From a virus (taxonomy: Duplodnaviria > Caudoviricetes): DNA of 61,781 nt. The notes under the pieces are model-generated. The model was not told where the DNA came from, made no database searches, and was given only the letters and a program-made list of their open reading frames with translations. A program made the position numbers and the translations under genes. The DNA lies in the IMG/VR virus record IMGVR_UViG_3300028374_000014, positions 1-61,781 of that record. The stretch is one strand, 5' to 3'. Position 1 is the first letter of the stretch, and each line of letters starts with the position of its first letter. Shown here piece by piece: positions 47,501-55,652 of this stretch.

Positions 47501-47725
47501 AATAGTTTTTGTGATATCGGCAAGCGTTTGCAAAAAGCGCGTTGCCATATCAATATATTCTGGGGATATTTGTGTTTTCGTATGTGCGACGTCACCGGCG
47601 ACTACAATATAGTCGGGTTTCTCTTTACGTAAGTCTGTATAAAGCTGATCAAATACATTTTCGTATACATCATGATACTTAAGGTTACGAATATGAACAT
47701 CCGCAATGTGTGCAATTTTCAACAT
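44567..47725 (-). CDS. Fused SbcD-SbcC (Mre11-Rad50; T4 gp47-gp46-like) nuclease/ATPase
   Basis: Phosphoesterase motifs DVH, GD, GNHD, GDIH; Walker A GKSYSGKSS; long coiled coil; signature GSGAE; Walker B ILDEP; ISH. Confidence 0.93.
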   Translation of the reverse strand: MLKIAHIADVHIRNLKYHDVYENVFDQLYTDLRKEKPDYIVVAGDVAHTKTQISPEYIDMATRFLQTLADITKTIVIPGNHDGLLRTPSRMDSITPVVNNIDNDNLFYSRDANIFRFPDIDFYHLSIFDEDNWPSIIDDKKLNAAIYHGCVSNSVTDIGRVLEHGDLELEELVKYDYALLGDIHKTNQTLDKLGKVRYPGSLITQNFGETNDKGYLIWEIKDKKDYDCRHVQLTNPKPFVTISLTPKGRIPYKISVPSNARLRLVSDYHISLDVMRKAMDVAKRKFKPQSVSFLNRATKKGRIQVNIDDEFSKKNLRDTKVQEELIKEYLVDYDIEKDISKDIVKINSKINSEVLSEEEMVRNVHWSVEDLEWDNLFNYGKGNKVDFSSLNGLVGIFGKSYSGKSSIIDSLMYTLFNSTSKNVRKNCDMINQHKDNSRGRVVFKIDNEKYIVERTSEKYKKKLHGEVTQEARTDVSFVKVVNGEEESLNGLTRRDTDNKIRSVIGTLDDFLVTSFSAQFGSLTFIDQRSTERKKTLAKFLDLDFFEKKFKVANEHSSDLKGALKMLESVDYEAKLEELTEEKKNVYDKLNKYTKEVKLLEREVQNKNTELLDLTAFVSSVPQELEDISGLVKDLKEFRQELRTDELLLKGYEEQLEANEENLSELEEKIENISYENLIKDKDLLNRLQEQIEEKFDDLIRYENTIDRIEDAERHLKEAPCNSEYSSCSLVESAYQTLQDIGNVEKIRDKYDKINSEYTAHVKKVENIDSEHIESQLETLETMKKYHTKVKEHTIPLLSSKISECKGRIKFSNVKIHELESKKEVYDENIGKINTLEEKKVQQAEVITQIKELKKTLSATKNNLSEMYAKRGYFDQKLENVIEERQKLEQQRKEYTAYDLYKRCMHSNGIPFDIIKKRLPAINQEISKILANVVEFEVFFESSDNKLEIFIKHPKHNPRLIETGSGAEKTLAATAIRLALLSVSTMPKGDLFILDEPATELDEETKDGFIRILEMIKSYFSKVILISHLDPFKDVVDTQITIEKKNGYAHVQV

Positions 47726-47728
47726 GTC

Positions 47729-47953
47729 TTATCCATATAGAAGTTCTTTAACATTCAAAGCGATCCAATACTGCGTGAAATCGTCGTTGCTTTGTACTGG
47801 CAGGACTGTCAATTTTTTGCAGTTAGGACACTTTAAAGATTCGGCTTTTCCTTTTTCCAATTGCTCCTTGGTAGACACTTCAGAACAAAAGTAACAGATT
47901 CCGTATTTTGCTTTTGCCAAAGCTTTGCGATTGTATATACATTTAGTATTCAT
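47729..47953 (-). CDS. Zinc-ribbon protein
   Basis: CYFC...CPNC. Confidence 0.65.
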   Translation of the reverse strand: MNTKCIYNRKALAKAKYGICYFCSEVSTKEQLEKGKAESLKCPNCKKLTVLPVQSNDDFTQYWIALNVKELLYG

Positions 47954-48900
47954 ATGGCGATCCTCAGTTTTTCTTTCAGCAAATTTGAAGAAGTTATCAG
48001 AGTTGATGTCTTCTTTAATTCTGCGAATTGCTCTTTACTTAAATCACCAATGTCGCCGCTCAATACTGTTGTATCAATAGCGTGTACTTCAACATCATAT
48101 CGGAGTAATTCTTCAGCAATCCGATGCATTTTTTTCACTGCATCAGGATCTAGGGCTAAGTAGATTGGTGTGTCATGCTTTATAATCTCTTTAAAGGTCT
48201 TACTCCTTTTTCCAATTGTTGAACCTAGAAGAGGTATAGCGTTAGTTGCTTTAATAGCGTCAAAGACACCTTCCACAACAGTTAAATCACTTTCCCAATC
48301 AACATATAACTCATTAAATATTATTTTTTGTTTGTTTGCCTTTGGGTTCCAATATTTTGTTGATAAGCTCTCGCGATAAGCTCTCGCCACAAAATAGTTT
48401 ACATCACCGCTACTATTAAATGATGGTATGATGATTCTGCCGCCATAATCTCCATATGGACAGTAACCCATTTTCCAATATAAAATATCGTAATCTGCTA
48501 GGCCGCGGCTGGCAAGATAATTTTTTGCCATCCGGTATTCTTGATTGTTTTGATGTTTAGTTAAGGTTCGAAATTCCTCGGGTAGTTGTAGTGCGGGTTC
48601 AACAAATTTTTCTTCTGAATAAAGATCATCCAAATACTCCCTTAAATCGGTGGGCAACCCTATCTCATCATCAAATTGCTTCCACAATTCCTTTTCTGAT
48701 ATAGTTCCCCATTTTCGGACTAATCGGTGTAGTTTAAATCCGCTATATTCGCAGATCCAACACTTCCAACAATTCTTGTCCAAGTTAACACTTAACTTGT
48801 TTTTGTGGTGATTACATTGAGGGCATGAAAAGAGATATTCTTTTCCCTCTTGTCGATATGATCCTAATACACTCGTTAAGACTTCGAGTTTTCTTCGCAA
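47950..48900 (-). CDS. DNA primase (DnaG-like; Zn finger plus TOPRIM)
   Basis: CPQC...CWIC zinc domain; YLASRG; RIIIP; VEGVFDA; LDPDA. Confidence 0.9.
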   Translation of the reverse strand: MRRKLEVLTSVLGSYRQEGKEYLFSCPQCNHHKNKLSVNLDKNCWKCWICEYSGFKLHRLVRKWGTISEKELWKQFDDEIGLPTDLREYLDDLYSEEKFVEPALQLPEEFRTLTKHQNNQEYRMAKNYLASRGLADYDILYWKMGYCPYGDYGGRIIIPSFNSSGDVNYFVARAYRESLSTKYWNPKANKQKIIFNELYVDWESDLTVVEGVFDAIKATNAIPLLGSTIGKRSKTFKEIIKHDTPIYLALDPDAVKKMHRIAEELLRYDVEVHAIDTTVLSGDIGDLSKEQFAELKKTSTLITSSNLLKEKLRIAI

Positions 48901-49415
48901 AGTAGTTCTCCAGCACGGGCTATAACGTACGCATCGGCTCTGTCATGCGATCCGGGCTTGGGGTTGCCATACCGGGTCAGGTTATAAGAGAAGCCGCTCA
49001 CACTTGATTCTACTACGTCTAGGACGTGCTGTTTACTATCTTTCCCAGAAAAGCCTTTTGTGTCAATTCCAACCTTTTTTCTAGCTGTTACGGCTCGAAT
49101 CTTTTCGGGTCTAACTCCAAAGATTTGTTCACAAATTAATGTGTATACCGCGTTAACTTCGGATAATTTCACTATTGTTTTTGTTGAGGTGCGGCCGCGG
49201 GCAAAGCCAAGTAACCGTTCCTCGATATATATATCCGTTATTTCATACTTTTTATTTAGCTCGATCATTAGATCGTTAAATTCAGTCGCCAAATCGTTTG
49301 TATGAGGGTATTTTTTTCTGTTTCGTGTATCTAATATATCTGAATATTCTAATTCTCCATCATCCAAAACACAGATGCCAGAAATTGTGCTTGAAACGTC
49401 TAGACCTAAAATCAC
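48876..49415 (-). CDS. RuvC-like Holliday junction resolvase
   Basis: ILGLDVSS, YIEE and DRADA acidic catalytic motifs. Confidence 0.85.
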   Translation of the reverse strand: MILGLDVSSTISGICVLDDGELEYSDILDTRNRKKYPHTNDLATEFNDLMIELNKKYEITDIYIEERLLGFARGRTSTKTIVKLSEVNAVYTLICEQIFGVRPEKIRAVTARKKVGIDTKGFSGKDSKQHVLDVVESSVSGFSYNLTRYGNPKPGSHDRADAYVIARAGELLCEENSKS

Positions 49416-49591
49416 TTCTTATCCTTTCTTATTGCATTGTAAACATACCCTGTTTTCGTAAACCTGATATGTGCTCTTAATTTTTTGTGTTTTTGTTCAC
49501 GAACGGGGAAAGCCAAGTTTCCTTTGTCATCAATCCACAAGCCACATCTTCGGTGATTATTGAAATGATGTTTGGAAACAACTAACATCAT
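49412..49591 (-). CDS. Small basic hypothetical protein (59 aa)
   Basis: Below the track cutoff. MMLVVSKHHFNNHRRCGLWIDD...KDKK*, with ATGA and GTGA overlaps at the two ends. Confidence 0.6.
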   Translation of the reverse strand: MMLVVSKHHFNNHRRCGLWIDDKGNLAFPVREQKHKKLRAHIRFTKTGYVYNAIRKDKK

Positions 49592-50676
49592 ATATCCAAC
49601 TTGAGTTTGTAAGTTAGATCACGTGTTTCTTTTTTCTTCACTGGCTTCGCGGTTTTTGCAACCGCTAATAGATTTTTGTCCTCGTCATAAATTTGAACAT
49701 GAGAAATGTAAGTTATCTTCTCAAAGCTACCTGTAGGATCATTATAACCTGTTTTTACAACATTGGTAATTTCAGTTTCTCTAGGTTCCTTATAACCCCT
49801 TGAAGAAGTAAAGGCAGTTAAATCTTGGCCGTGGGCAAGATATGTAGGATTGTTGGAATGGTTAAACTCACCAGAATTAGCATGACAAAACATCGTTAAA
49901 ACTGGGATTTCTTTTTGTCCTTTAAAATCAATTGAGAAACTTGCTGACTCAAGAATTCCACTACCAAACCCTGACTCAATGCCTGCTCCAAAACGTGACC
50001 AGCGAGCTGTTACGGGTGTGGCATCATTATTGTAATCCAATGTTGTAGGAGAGATATTCCAACTGCCTGTCAATACAATAAATCCCTCTTTGTATAAACA
50101 CACGCCCGCAATTGATCCGCTACCGCTACTGGCAATTGGTGCAATTTGTGTTAGTACTCCATTCTTACCAGTATCTTGTGCTTGCGCGACCAAGGTACCG
50201 GTAATAAAAAATTTAAGATCAACTGTGCCGGGTTTAATTTGTGAGCCATAGTACATTGATGAGATATCAATTAAAGACATTTCTTGCTTATCCTTTTCGC
50301 CATAAGAAGACGAATAGGCAAAATGAGGACTCCAAATTTTATAATAGTCTAATGTATTACGCAAAGAAGACGTAATATAAGGGTGGGCACCATTTAATGC
50401 ATAATGCTTTCTTTCTAACGACGAAGTAACGAACAGCAACGCTGAACCGGTAATTTCATCACCATAGATGTAATTTTCATTAAATTGTGTTTGTGAGACT
50501 GCACTGAGATTATAATTGTGGCTATTTTTGATTAAAAAGCTGTATACATCCAGCGATGAAGACGGCCACAATTGTGACTCATAGATCGTTCCATCATAAA
50601 TGTAGAAGGATTGTTTCGGGTAAGCTTTGACTACATTATATAATAGGTCTTGTTTTTTGAATCTCTTAACTGACAT
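49588..50676 (-). CDS. Virion structural protein (baseplate/tail-associated), paralog of 50697..51770
   Basis: EFN-x-S-x-NPTY...YI-x-x-V-x-IY...LLAVAK-x-x-x-P-x-KK...LD; rich in TGS/SGS. Confidence 0.65.
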   Translation of the reverse strand: MSVKRFKKQDLLYNVVKAYPKQSFYIYDGTIYESQLWPSSSLDVYSFLIKNSHNYNLSAVSQTQFNENYIYGDEITGSALLFVTSSLERKHYALNGAHPYITSSLRNTLDYYKIWSPHFAYSSSYGEKDKQEMSLIDISSMYYGSQIKPGTVDLKFFITGTLVAQAQDTGKNGVLTQIAPIASSGSGSIAGVCLYKEGFIVLTGSWNISPTTLDYNNDATPVTARWSRFGAGIESGFGSGILESASFSIDFKGQKEIPVLTMFCHANSGEFNHSNNPTYLAHGQDLTAFTSSRGYKEPRETEITNVVKTGYNDPTGSFEKITYISHVQIYDEDKNLLAVAKTAKPVKKKETRDLTYKLKLDI

Positions 50677-50696
50677 TCGACCAACACCTCAATGTT

Positions 50697-51770
50697 TCAG
50701 TAGTCCAAGCGAGTACGGAGATTCAATGGCACACTAGGTGTCTTTTTGATAGGTTCAGATAACTTTGCAACTGCTAGGAGAGCGCCATCAGGAGCGTGTA
50801 AACCAATTGTGGTAATATACGCTACTGGCTCATCTGTGCTTACCTCTTTTACTCTAATCTTTGAACTATCAGTATATGTTGGATTGGCACTGTAGTTAAA
50901 ATCATTCGACCCAACCCGACACATGTAAATGCGGGAATTTACTTCCACTGTGTTGTTGAAATCTAGATCATTCCAGCGACCACGAAGTGAATCAGCAGCG
51001 TGTTGGATTGTTGTACCAGTCAATACTGCGTTCATGTCAGATGAACTCAAGAATGTACCGTAATCTTGTGTGTTTTGATCACCACTGGTAGACCCTGTAA
51101 TATTAAACAATGATGCTGTCAACACGGCGATACCAGCTTGATAATAAATTAGACCAACTTTGTCGCCCACTAAATGCCCACTTGATTGGGATATAAAGCC
51201 GTTACTGGCCGAGAGCACAGCGTATTCACCGGAAGGAGAATTCACCAAGAATGTCGAAGTTGCATCAGAATCTACAATAGATGTTGAAGAAGACAATGCA
51301 CCAGTCATCGCGCCGCCAGTATAAAGTTTAAAGTTAAAGTTTCCTTTTTTCAATTCATCTTTAACTAACAAGCGATCGAATGTGACGAAAACGCATTCTC
51401 GAAGTTTTGAACCGCCGGCGAGAACGTCGCCATCTTGGTCAAACTCGCGAATTGTGCCATCAATATCATGACCCACTAACTTTTGCGCAAATTGGTTATA
51501 GAGATTAATTTTCTTAGCATTCTGAACATTCGTTGAAGAAGATAAGTCTGAGTTTGCAGAGTATCCTACAAAGACCTGACATATAGAATTAGCTGAAGAC
51601 GAAAGAACAGGATAATCATAGATACTTTGAAACATACCATGACTAAAATTCTTGACATTTTCATCCGAATATGTCCCCGAAACAACTGAGCCAGTGATAG
51701 CGATTGCCTCGTTAATAAGTTGTCTAACAGAGACAATATCGTCTCTTTCAAAAGATTTGTAAATACTCAT
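50697..51770 (-). CDS. Virion structural protein (baseplate/tail-associated)
   Basis: FNYS-x-NPTY...YITTIGL...LLAVAKLSEPIKK...RLDY. Confidence 0.65.
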   Translation of the reverse strand: MSIYKSFERDDIVSVRQLINEAIAITGSVVSGTYSDENVKNFSHGMFQSIYDYPVLSSSANSICQVFVGYSANSDLSSSTNVQNAKKINLYNQFAQKLVGHDIDGTIREFDQDGDVLAGGSKLRECVFVTFDRLLVKDELKKGNFNFKLYTGGAMTGALSSSTSIVDSDATSTFLVNSPSGEYAVLSASNGFISQSSGHLVGDKVGLIYYQAGIAVLTASLFNITGSTSGDQNTQDYGTFLSSSDMNAVLTGTTIQHAADSLRGRWNDLDFNNTVEVNSRIYMCRVGSNDFNYSANPTYTDSSKIRVKEVSTDEPVAYITTIGLHAPDGALLAVAKLSEPIKKTPSVPLNLRTRLDY

Positions 51771-51784
51771 TTATTATGCTCCGA

Positions 51785-52705
51785 TTATTGATCTCGTATA
51801 TATCTTACTGGTACATCTAATGTCCGACCGGTTTTCGCGCCTGTAACTCGTACAATGGTATCGATGTAATCCATTGTATCTGTCGAGGCGTCTTTATCCG
51901 TCATGTCGACATCAGCGCCCAATTGGTCGAAAAAGTATGCTGACGTGTTTAAGTCTAAAGAAGCAAGAATTTTGAATTCTAAAATTGTTCCGCGGGGGCC
52001 TGAAACAACTTGTCCTTCACTTGTATCTCGCACAGAGTTTTCTGTAACAAAGTTGATATCTGTTCCCAAAGAGAAATTGTAACTAGCGATATGATCGTCA
52101 TCGATATAGGATGGCACAGCTTTTGTCTTACCATTTTTAGAAACGATCGAACCAAGGCGGTGATCAATTTCCACAATATATCGAGTTTCGACTAGGCCGT
52201 CATCCAACAACCTAGTGGGTGAAATTTCAGTTGTATCAAGCCCTTGGTCAACACGAACGCGGGCGCCGCCAGCATCGGGATTTTCGCCATACATAATACC
52301 GTTGTCTGGTTTAAATAAGTCTTCAGTTGTTTTATTAACTGCTACAACGAAGGCCCCGATAGACCCGCCTGATGCTCGGCGGGCAGTTGCAGGGTCATAC
52401 ACTTCGTTAAGTTTTAGTATTGGGAGGTATAATAAGTCTTGTCGCGGAATCGTAACCAAATTGTGCTTTAAAGCTGCACCATTGTCCGTGAAGGCTTCCA
52501 ATACGGGTGATTGAAGGATTTCTAAATCATAATACGCTGAACCGGATGAATGATTTTTGTTATATAACTCATAATTGATTTCATCATCACCTAGAGAAAA
52601 CTTAACAATTTGAAATTGTCCGTCTCCACGTGCGAGACGCTCCCGACCGGTATCGGTCAGAACAACATCGATTATAATATCTCCATCATTTTTTAGTATA
52701 CCCAT
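51785..52705 (-). CDS. Virion structural protein
   Basis: IIDVVLTDTGRERLA...KFSLGDDEINY; GAGGAG RBS; N-terminus resembles that of 58734..59774. Confidence 0.65.
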   Translation of the reverse strand: MGILKNDGDIIIDVVLTDTGRERLARGDGQFQIVKFSLGDDEINYELYNKNHSSGSAYYDLEILQSPVLEAFTDNGAALKHNLVTIPRQDLLYLPILKLNEVYDPATARRASGGSIGAFVVAVNKTTEDLFKPDNGIMYGENPDAGGARVRVDQGLDTTEISPTRLLDDGLVETRYIVEIDHRLGSIVSKNGKTKAVPSYIDDDHIASYNFSLGTDINFVTENSVRDTSEGQVVSGPRGTILEFKILASLDLNTSAYFFDQLGADVDMTDKDASTDTMDYIDTIVRVTGAKTGRTLDVPVRYIRDQ

Positions 52706-52730
52706 TATCTCTTCTCCTCAATTCCGCTGT

Positions 52731-52758
52731 ATTAAATAGCCTTACTTACAATAAATAT
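52731..52758 (-). promoter_or_regulatory. Two tandem late-promoter-like motifs (ATATTTATT, CTATTTAAT)
   Basis: Both lie in the 58-nt gap upstream of 52705. Confidence 0.45.
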
Positions 52759-52763
52759 CATTT

Positions 52764-55652
52764 TTAATTTTCTACCAAAGAATTTAGAATATCGTAAAAT
52801 GATCTTGGGTTATCTGCTATTATATCATCACTTACGTTACTTGTTATTTTAAAACTCTCTGTCTTGTAGTCGAATGTTACATTTAAATCGATTTTTCTAC
52901 CAGTAGATTTAGATGTAAATCGAATTTTAAATTTTTTACCCCAAACTGGTTCTCGGGTCGGCCCTAAAAACATTTCGTCTAATTCGGGGTCAAATGTTGT
53001 TTTGTTAGTTAGTTCTGATTTTGCCAAATTCATATCCTTTTGCTGATCTGCGACATTAATCTTGATATATTTTTTAGCTGATTTTGTTTTATATTGATTT
53101 TTAACATACTCAAAATTAACTACATTAATGACAGGGTAAACTGCGCCATCATTATTAACCAACTCTAGTTCGTAAATATGTGTAGGATTTGAAATATTTC
53201 CATGCACATCTTTCGACCGGAAGATATAGTAGTATTTTCTATTTGGTTGTAAGTTTTCTGCAACGTATGTTACTTCCAGTGTATTGGCGTCTTTTCTGCC
53301 AGCCATTGTTGTACTAACTTCTGCAATTTTTCGTGTTACAAAGTCGCCATAGTTTCGGGGTTTTGTTATTGTTCGAAATATTTCAAATGTTTTACTAGGG
53401 TCGTCTCCACGATATTTTAAAGGAATAGACTTATCTGCGCGTTGAGCACGTTGCTGTTTTTTTATCTTTTCTACGTCTTCTTCCAAAAGAATGATCGGGA
53501 ATTCCTCACGTTCTCCAAAGCCGGTACATAGAGATATTGCAATTTTATCATCCACTCCAATATACGGTATAAAATCCACTTCCGGTGGTACTGGGGGTCT
53601 ATCAACTATTTGAATTGGTTCAAATTCCTTCTCCATAATTTCGGCAAGAATAAGCTTTGGGCGGTTATTGATCTTCAAACGCGCAGTATCATCATCCAAA
53701 AACCCAACTACTTCAGGATCGTCCCCAATAGCTTCATAATTATACTCGTTGCCAATTACGACATGATAAGACCAAATCTTGTATACATATTCTTTTTCGT
53801 ATTTAACCTGCGTGTCAACAAATGAAATTCTATCTATCTCATTTGAGTTTAAAAACCAAAAGTTTTGAATAGGGGGAGATACACGACGACCCTTGTTTTT
53901 AACTTCATGTTTTGATACTCTGTATATCACTGGTTCTGAGTGTGCCTTATCACCAGATAACATTTGGCAATATGTTCGAAGATAATTCTTAATGTATGTT
54001 CGAAAGTTACCCAACAATATAATCCGCAATAACTGTGTATAAAACTCGTCTAGTTCATCATTCTCATCGAGATAGGCATCAATTAAAATACCGAAATCAG
54101 TTGCGTCTAATTCGTCCAAAGGTACAAGAGGGTTTCCTTGTTCAATAGAAGCCACCAATTCATCCGCTTGTTCTTCGTCGGATTGTAAAGGATTTTCTCG
54201 TCTATTGGACCCCAAGTTATTTGATGGCAGTGCACCTTGTAGCGCGTTGACTCCACTCACATCAGATTTCTGAATAGGTTTAACATTTTCTTTAGTAAAT
54301 TGCAGATTCTCCCACCATGCCATAATATCCCATGTTTTAACAGATTCATTATCTAGTATATTCAAAGAATCACTATTATCTAATTTTCTAGAAAGGGCCA
54401 TGTCTTTTTCGATAATAGTAGTTGGGAACCCTCGTCTTTGTGCAATCATATCTCTAACGAAAGAGATGAGAAAATTCTTTCCCATTTTCGAATTTTGCAA
54501 AAATTGTGAGAATTCTGTCGTTGCGGCAGTTTCTAAATCAATTTGAACTGACATAGGATAGGTTTTTGATCGGGTCAGTGCCTCATCGAACAAACCTTGA
54601 GTTATCTCATCGGGAGAGAACATAATATCTTTAAATCGCGATGTCATATCTCTGCGCCAGAATTCGCCAGTATCTCTTATACTATTCGTCCAAGTGTCAA
54701 AATACTGTGCTAAATCACGAATTTTTACTTCACCTTCTTGATTTAAAAACTTTTGTAGTATATTTTCTGCTTCACCATCTAATGTCAGCAAGCTTTCTAT
54801 ATTCTTATCTACAGATAAGTTTCTAAGATAAGATATCATCGCGTAAACGTTTGGCATCAACTGTTCACTAATGCTATTTTTACGAGTTAAAGATTCATAA
54901 TTCTTAATGTAAAAATTGTAATTCACTTTAATTTCTGAAGATTTAGTGATTGCATTGGTTTGTGTATCTGAAGTTGGGAGAGTATAAGTAAACGATATAT
55001 CTTCCAGTGGTTCATTCAACAGAACTAATGGATCATACGTCAATTTGTTTATACCACCACCATTGATCAACGCCGCCCAATACGTTTTACTGAAACGGCC
55101 TTTGTTTTCGAATTTGGTTTTATGGGGTTTTAGATAACACACCGCGTCTTTGTTCGGAAACATGCTTTCAGTCCCGGTCGCCTCAAGATTAGCTACACGT
55201 AAATCAAACAATTTACCCGATTCTTGAAAACGCGTTTGTGGCGCGCCGAATTCGATATTACCATTTCTAGTAAACCAATAACGTGTTAATATTTGTCGCA
55301 AATGGTCATTAACTTCAATATCATATTTGATAGGTACTGTAGGATCAAACTGAGTTCGGTTCAGATTTGTTATTGTTGTTCGTTGGGGTGAATACGTTTG
55401 TGTTTCTACAAGATTAATCTGATCGCCGGAACTTTGCCCCACAATTGGGTTTACAGTTGTGCAATTTGTTTTATTAGGTATTTCGGTGCCAACGAAAGCA
55501 GAAACAGGATTGAAATTCTGCACATTCCGGACGCCTTCTGTGACTGCGGCCTTGATATCCGCGGTTTTTTCTTGCCGTTCCGACTCTTCTACAGACTGTA
55601 AACTCACAGTTGCAGTTTGAGTCGCTATTTGAAATTTCTTAAACATTGTCAT
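52764..55652 (-). CDS. Large hypothetical protein, probably virion/baseplate
   Basis: 962 aa; FVDTQVKY-x-x-x-Y-x-Y and PNRKYYYIFRS-x-D-x-HGN-x-SNP resemble FN3-like strands. Confidence 0.65.
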   Translation of the reverse strand: MTMFKKFQIATQTATVSLQSVEESERQEKTADIKAAVTEGVRNVQNFNPVSAFVGTEIPNKTNCTTVNPIVGQSSGDQINLVETQTYSPQRTTITNLNRTQFDPTVPIKYDIEVNDHLRQILTRYWFTRNGNIEFGAPQTRFQESGKLFDLRVANLEATGTESMFPNKDAVCYLKPHKTKFENKGRFSKTYWAALINGGGINKLTYDPLVLLNEPLEDISFTYTLPTSDTQTNAITKSSEIKVNYNFYIKNYESLTRKNSISEQLMPNVYAMISYLRNLSVDKNIESLLTLDGEAENILQKFLNQEGEVKIRDLAQYFDTWTNSIRDTGEFWRRDMTSRFKDIMFSPDEITQGLFDEALTRSKTYPMSVQIDLETAATTEFSQFLQNSKMGKNFLISFVRDMIAQRRGFPTTIIEKDMALSRKLDNSDSLNILDNESVKTWDIMAWWENLQFTKENVKPIQKSDVSGVNALQGALPSNNLGSNRRENPLQSDEEQADELVASIEQGNPLVPLDELDATDFGILIDAYLDENDELDEFYTQLLRIILLGNFRTYIKNYLRTYCQMLSGDKAHSEPVIYRVSKHEVKNKGRRVSPPIQNFWFLNSNEIDRISFVDTQVKYEKEYVYKIWSYHVVIGNEYNYEAIGDDPEVVGFLDDDTARLKINNRPKLILAEIMEKEFEPIQIVDRPPVPPEVDFIPYIGVDDKIAISLCTGFGEREEFPIILLEEDVEKIKKQQRAQRADKSIPLKYRGDDPSKTFEIFRTITKPRNYGDFVTRKIAEVSTTMAGRKDANTLEVTYVAENLQPNRKYYYIFRSKDVHGNISNPTHIYELELVNNDGAVYPVINVVNFEYVKNQYKTKSAKKYIKINVADQQKDMNLAKSELTNKTTFDPELDEMFLGPTREPVWGKKFKIRFTSKSTGRKIDLNVTFDYKTESFKITSNVSDDIIADNPRSFYDILNSLVEN

